A stretch of 11,122 bases of DNA from Thermoproteota archaeon (GTDB lineage Archaea; Korarchaeota; Korarchaeia; Korarchaeales; Korarchaeaceae). The stretch's first letter is position 1. Each line of letters begins with the position of its first letter. Both the position numbers and the translations under genes were made by a program. Shown piece after piece: positions 7,584 through 11,122 of this stretch. The stretch spans positions 1-11,122 of the forward strand of contig JAOZFN010000013.1 in assembly GCA_027492205.1 (NCBI GenBank). The letters run 5' to 3'. The notes beneath the pieces were generated by a model. It had not been told where the DNA came from and did not search any database. It saw only the letters and a list, made by a program, of their open reading frames with translations.

Positions 7584-8606
7584 ATGCTAAGCATCGGCCG
7601 CGGGCCGTGGGACGGAGTCCACAGGATAGTAAGCCGGATCAGGCAGAGGGGCTCCAGAAGGGTCTTCTGCAACAAGGGAAGGGATGGCCGCTGTCGCTCC
7701 GCTCGACTGACTGCCCCCAAGGAGTTCGTCGGTGAGATGGCCTACGTCGTCCTGGAGAGGGAGCTGGAAGAACTCTCTACCCTAATTGACAGCCTGTCGG
7801 CGATGAGGGAGTTCTTCTCGGCTCTCCTCAACTCGAAGAAGGGCGCGAAGATGTTCAGCATAGTGAGCGAGACCTGGAACCCGGTCACCGGGTGCCCGCA
7901 CGGGTGCGTTTACTGCTGGGCCAGGAGGCTGGCGACCACGAAGCTCAGGAACACCGAAAGATACAGGGAGGGATTCGTCTCGAGATTCAACCCAAAGGAG
8001 CTCAGGAGGACATTCTCGGATGGGGTCGTGTTCGTCAGCGACATGGGTGACCTGTTCGCCAACACGGTCAAGGACGAGTGGATCAGGCGGGTGATCGAGT
8101 ATGTCGGGAGATTTCCCAACGTATTCTTCCTGTTCCTCACGAAGAACCCCGAGAGGTACCGGGACTTCCTCGGCGAGTTCCCGCCGAATTCGATACTGGG
8201 AGCGACCATAGAGACCGACGACGACGACCTCTACTTGGAGCACAGGATATCGGCCGCGCCGCTGCCCTCCAATAGGTACCGGGCCATGAGGTCCCTGAGC
8301 TGGCCGCTCAAGTTCATCTCAATAGAGCCGATCTTGGACTTCTCCACCGAGAGGTTTGCTGGTTGGCTGAGGGACATCGCCCCCTTCATGGTGTACGTGG
8401 GCTACGACAACTACGACAACAGGCTCCCCGAGCCGCCCCTCAAGAAGACCAAGGAGCTGCTGGCCAGGCTCTCTGAGTTCACACTCGTGATAAGGAAGAC
8501 CATCAGGCCAGCCTGGTTCGAGGGGCTCCAGGGCTACTCCGAGCTGACCGTCGGGAGGTCGGCGATGAATGAGCGCGGTCGCCGGGGGAAGCTACGCAAG
8601 GTTTGA
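7584..8606 (+). CDS. DUF5131 (phage Gp37/Gp68) radical-SAM-like protein with N-terminal DUF2080/AbrB-like extension
   Basis: TWNPVTGCPHGCVYCWARR (CxxxCxxC), VFVSDMGDLF, FLFLTKNPER, GATIET, FISIEPIL. N-terminal RSARLTAPKEFVGEMAYVVL. Start placed at ATG 7584 (aattttag upstream); ORF open from 7554; core domain begins at ATG 7851. Confidence 0.88.
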   Translation: MLSIGRGPWDGVHRIVSRIRQRGSRRVFCNKGRDGRCRSARLTAPKEFVGEMAYVVLERELEELSTLIDSLSAMREFFSALLNSKKGAKMFSIVSETWNPVTGCPHGCVYCWARRLATTKLRNTERYREGFVSRFNPKELRRTFSDGVVFVSDMGDLFANTVKDEWIRRVIEYVGRFPNVFFLFLTKNPERYRDFLGEFPPNSILGATIETDDDDLYLEHRISAAPLPSNRYRAMRSLSWPLKFISIEPILDFSTERFAGWLRDIAPFMVYVGYDNYDNRLPEPPLKKTKELLARLSEFTLVIRKTIRPAWFEGLQGYSELTVGRSAMNERGRRGKLRKV

Positions 8607-8910
8607 GGAGAACCTCCACAAGCTGGGGGAGATCGCCTGGCACCTCCTCGAGAAGCTGGGCAAAGGCCGGGATAGGGTGCTGCGAATTCTAGAGAGGCAG
8701 TATCCAGCGGAAGAGCAGTACTGGAGCGTGAAGAAGCTGTACAGCCTGGCGATGTTCATGCCGGTCTTCCTCCAGATAGGCATGAAGCACTTCGACAGGC
8801 TGATGTACGTTGACACCCACTCCGGCCCCGGCCTGGCCAAGCTCGGGCCTAAGGAGGACGAGGTCGTTCCGGGTCTCCCTCACCCGCCAGATCACGTTCT
8901 CTCAGAATAA
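8569..8910 (+). pseudogene. tcmP: Three-Cys-motif partner protein (TcmP-like, SAM-binding methyltransferase fold), truncated
   Basis: Overlaps the DUF5131 end. WSVKKLYSL and LMYVDTHSGPG match the TcmP WSxxKL and YiDxFAGPG motifs. The expected GSP is encoded out of frame (ggg tct ccc, about 8871-8879) and the ORF stops at 113 aa, too short for the full fold. Confidence 0.78.
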
Positions 8911-9127
8911 AGAGGAGGGGGCGGCGCGTACGGTTCTCACGTGGAACGTCGGCTGGCTCAGGGATCTCGGCTTGCGGCCTTTCCTCACCCCTCGTTCGCT
9001 TCTTTGCAACAGCCGAGGGATTCGATGCATCAACTCAACTCACCTGACGCATGCACGTATCCCGGGTCGAGCCCGTGACCGCGGCGCTCGGCCCGGCTCC
9101 GGTATTCCCACCGACTTCATAGTGGGA

Positions 9128-9134
9128 TTTTTAT
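9128..9134 (+). promoter_or_regulatory. TATA-like box for abrB-vapC
   Basis: tttttat about 23-29 nt upstream of ATG 9157, consistent with a leaderless transcript. Confidence 0.55.
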
Positions 9135-9156
9135 GCAGGTGGGCGCCCAATTCTCG

Positions 9157-9387
9157 ATGATCTCGAGGGTGGATGGGAGGGGCAGGATCCTCATACCCAA
9201 GGGGGTTAGAGACTCCGTGGGCCTCTCAGAGGGTACTCTAATCTCCATAAGCGTCGAGGGAGACTCAATCGTCATAAGGAAGGTAGAATCGGCCGCCGAC
9301 AGGTACTACGGGAGGTTCAAGGCTAGGAGGTGGCCCGAGGACCTGGACGAGGTGCTGAAGAGGGAAGCGGTCAGGTGGAGCGATTGA
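9157..9387 (+). CDS. vapB: AbrB/MazE/SpoVT-family antitoxin (VapB)
   Basis: MISRVDGRGRILIPKGVRDSVGLSEGTLISISVEGDSIVIRK is a complete AbrB swapped-hairpin motif; stop overlaps vapC. ATG 9133 lies in the TATA box, so 9157 is preferred. Confidence 0.92.
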   Translation: MISRVDGRGRILIPKGVRDSVGLSEGTLISISVEGDSIVIRKVESAADRYYGRFKARRWPEDLDEVLKREAVRWSD

Positions 9388-9917
9388 GACGCTACTATGA
9401 CGTTAACGTCTTCGTGTACTGGTTGGGGGGCCATCCGGAGCACGGTGAGAGGGCTAGGGAGTGGATCAGGGCGGCAGAAGCGGGGAGGGCCTACACGTCG
9501 TCTCTGACCCCATACGAGGTGGCCGTCGCGCTTGCCAGCATAACTGATAAGACGATTAAGGATGCTCCCCTCGTGAGGGACGTCCTAGAGGCTATTAGAT
9601 CGATTAGGGGACTGAAAATCGTCTCCTTAACCTGGGGCGATTACGTCAAGGCGGCCGAGTTCGTCGACAGCTACGATCTGGAGGACGCCCTCCACTTGGC
9701 GGTTGCTCTGAGGGTGAGGGCCGACGAGATAGTCAGCAACGACAGGGACTTCGACGGGGGCCCGCTGAGGAGGGTCTTTTAGGTTTGGTTGGGCGCTGCG
9801 CATCAGCAGGAACGATCTCAAGCCCGGCACCGGCTCGATCGGCCCTCGGGATCTCCGCGCGTTCCTGAGTGATGTGGCGGCCGCCGGGACCTCCGGCGGC
9901 AGGGGTCGGGAGTGGGA
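9354..9917 (+). repeat. Diverged direct repeat, copy 2 (intact version)
   Basis: Same shared blocks as 177-752. Confidence 0.93.
9375..9782 (+). CDS. vapC: VapC PIN-domain ribonuclease toxin
   Basis: YYDVNVFVY, TSSLTPYEV, DLEDALHLAVA and IVSNDRDFD supply the conserved acidic PIN residues. Start is GTG 9375 or TTG 9384 (TTGA overlap with the vapB stop). Confidence 0.95.
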   Translation: MERLRRYYDVNVFVYWLGGHPEHGERAREWIRAAEAGRAYTSSLTPYEVAVALASITDKTIKDAPLVRDVLEAIRSIRGLKIVSLTWGDYVKAAEFVDSYDLEDALHLAVALRVRADEIVSNDRDFDGGPLRRVF

Positions 9918-10025
9918 GCGGTTCTGTGAGGGGAGTGTGTTCGAGCAGGATTCCGCATACCAGGCTGCGGCCGCAGCGCGTGGAGCTTAATTCTCTGGCA
10001 AGTTCCCCGCCCACTCGACACGGAC

Positions 10026-10340
10026 ATGGATCCTCCAGCCAGCGATCGACGGGGGCTACTTAGAGTCACGCTGTCAAAGCACGCCCTCGAGGCTACCGCG
10101 CGTAGAGGGATCGAGAGGTCTGACTTGGAGGGCGCGGTGAGATCGCCGGATGAGGTGTATGTGGACGTCAGGACGGGCTATCTAGTCGCCGTCAAGTCGG
10201 CCGGGCGAAGGTGCCTTGTCGTAATATACGAGAGGCGCGGACGGGATGAGGTCGAGGTTGTGACGGCCTTCACCACCTCGAAGGGTTTAAGGCTCGCCAG
10301 GAGCAGGGAGGAAAGAGGGAGATGGGTCAGGGTAAAGTAG
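10026..10340 (+). CDS. DUF4258-family protein (RelE/BrnT-like putative toxin)
   Basis: LSKHALEATARRGIERSDLEGAVRSPDEV...LVVIYE...VEVVTAF...GRW; paired with DUF2283. Confidence 0.85.
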   Translation: MDPPASDRRGLLRVTLSKHALEATARRGIERSDLEGAVRSPDEVYVDVRTGYLVAVKSAGRRCLVVIYERRGRDEVEVVTAFTTSKGLRLARSREERGRWVRVK

Positions 10341-10555
10341 TCGTCCGCTACGACAGGGAACACGATATCCTCTACATCGACGTGAGGCCGAGCGCCAGGG
10401 CAGCCGAGACGGTCGAGGCAGCGGACGACCTCCTCATAGATTTGGACGAGGAGGGGAACGTCATAGGCATAGAACTCTGGAGGGCCTCGGAGTACCTGGC
10501 GGAGCCGCTGTCCTCCGCGCTGGTCGAGAGGGTCAGGAGGGCCCTGGCAGATTGA
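10322..10555 (+). CDS. DUF2283-family protein (putative antitoxin)
   Basis: VRYDREHDILYI...DDLLIDLDEEGNVIGIELWRAS is the DUF2283 signature; overlaps DUF4258 by 19 nt. Confidence 0.93.
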   Translation: MGQGKVVVRYDREHDILYIDVRPSARAAETVEAADDLLIDLDEEGNVIGIELWRASEYLAEPLSSALVERVRRALAD

Positions 10556-10601
10556 GTGGGCTTGCGCGTGGGCGGACCTTCGGGCTCGGGGTCAGCCAAA
10601 T

Positions 10602-10780
10602 TTGACCACCCGCTGTTAACACTTCCCCTGGTCCACCCCCAGCTCGCGCGCAGAACCCAAGAGATCTACGGTCTTCCTGCACGCGGAAAATTTGGAGACG
10701 GGCCTTAAATGCGTGGTAGCCAGCGCCTGAACGAGGAGGGCTTCGTTATAACGGTCCACCTGACGAGGAGGGTCAGCGGT
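10602..10780 (+). pseudogene. Possible decayed RelE/PBECR-like toxin gene
   Basis: Fragments across frames: LTTRC*HF / LVHPQL / TVFLH / LKCVVA / RLNEEGFVITVHLTRRV, in the order of a recalled 'LTxERWxHIxxxHPEL...VVVKxLNxEGFIITAYxTxKI' pattern. Confidence 0.45.
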
Positions 10781-10836
10781 GATCTGATTCGGGCGGGGCG
10801 GATCACTCGGGAAGGAAGCCGGAAGTCGTACTCATA

Positions 10837-11058
10837 GTGATAGACCGGGAGCACCTGAGCCGAGAGAACCTAGAGCAGGCCCTGAGGGAGTACTCCGGCG
10901 GCTGGGAGTGCGTGGTCAAGGGGACCGATAGAACAGAGGTAGTTGTGAGGAAGGGCGCATGGCGGGGTACGCTACTCATTGCCGTCCGAGGGACTGGAAG
11001 GAGCATAGAGGAGAACCTCTGGGTCCTGATCGAAGAGCTATTCGGAGATGAAGATTGA
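10837..11058 (+). CDS. Hypothetical protein, probably part of a frameshifted gene continuing off the window
   Basis: Coding-like composition. Frame is open upstream to 10783 (RKPEVVLIVIDREH) without a start codon. A second frame from ATG 11048 reads MKIEPTREAMRKFLRDRGLRDGRGL to the window end. Confidence 0.5.
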   Translation: MIDREHLSRENLEQALREYSGGWECVVKGTDRTEVVVRKGAWRGTLLIAVRGTGRSIEENLWVLIEELFGDED

Positions 11059-11122
11059 GCCCACCAGGGAGGCCATGAGAAAGTTCCTGAGGGACAGGGG
11101 GCTCAGGGATGGGCGGGGGCTA

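Noticed and set aside
1-11122. CRISPR array, tRNA/att site, IS element or integrase
   Set aside because: No regularly spaced repeats, cloverleaf, terminal inverted repeats with a transposase, or recombinase motifs seen.

Overview
GC-rich, archaeal-looking accessory/defence-island window (inferred from TATA-like boxes about 25-35 nt upstream of starts, AGG/ATA-rich codon use and archaeal-type TA families; probably a thermophile). It holds two divergently oriented, paralogous stand-alone SF2 (ResIII/HsdR-like DExH) helicases with unrelated-looking C-terminal tails, plus a decayed fragment of a third paralog. It also holds a DUF5131 (Gp37/Gp68, CxxxCxxC) gene with an N-terminal DUF2080/AbrB-like extension, followed by a truncated TcmP-like partner. 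These sit among type II toxin-antitoxin modules: intact RelBE-like, AbrB-VapC and DUF4258-DUF2283; DUF433 with a broken DUF5615; a pseudogenised second vapC; an AbrB cut by the window edge; and a probable decayed RelE/PBECR-like toxin. A diverged direct repeat of about 550 bp (abrB 3' end + vapC + downstream) brackets the helicase/DUF5131 cargo. No integrase, transposase, intact DNA methyltransferase, HsdS, tRNA or CRISPR array is visible. All family calls are from motif recognition by eye, not database searches.
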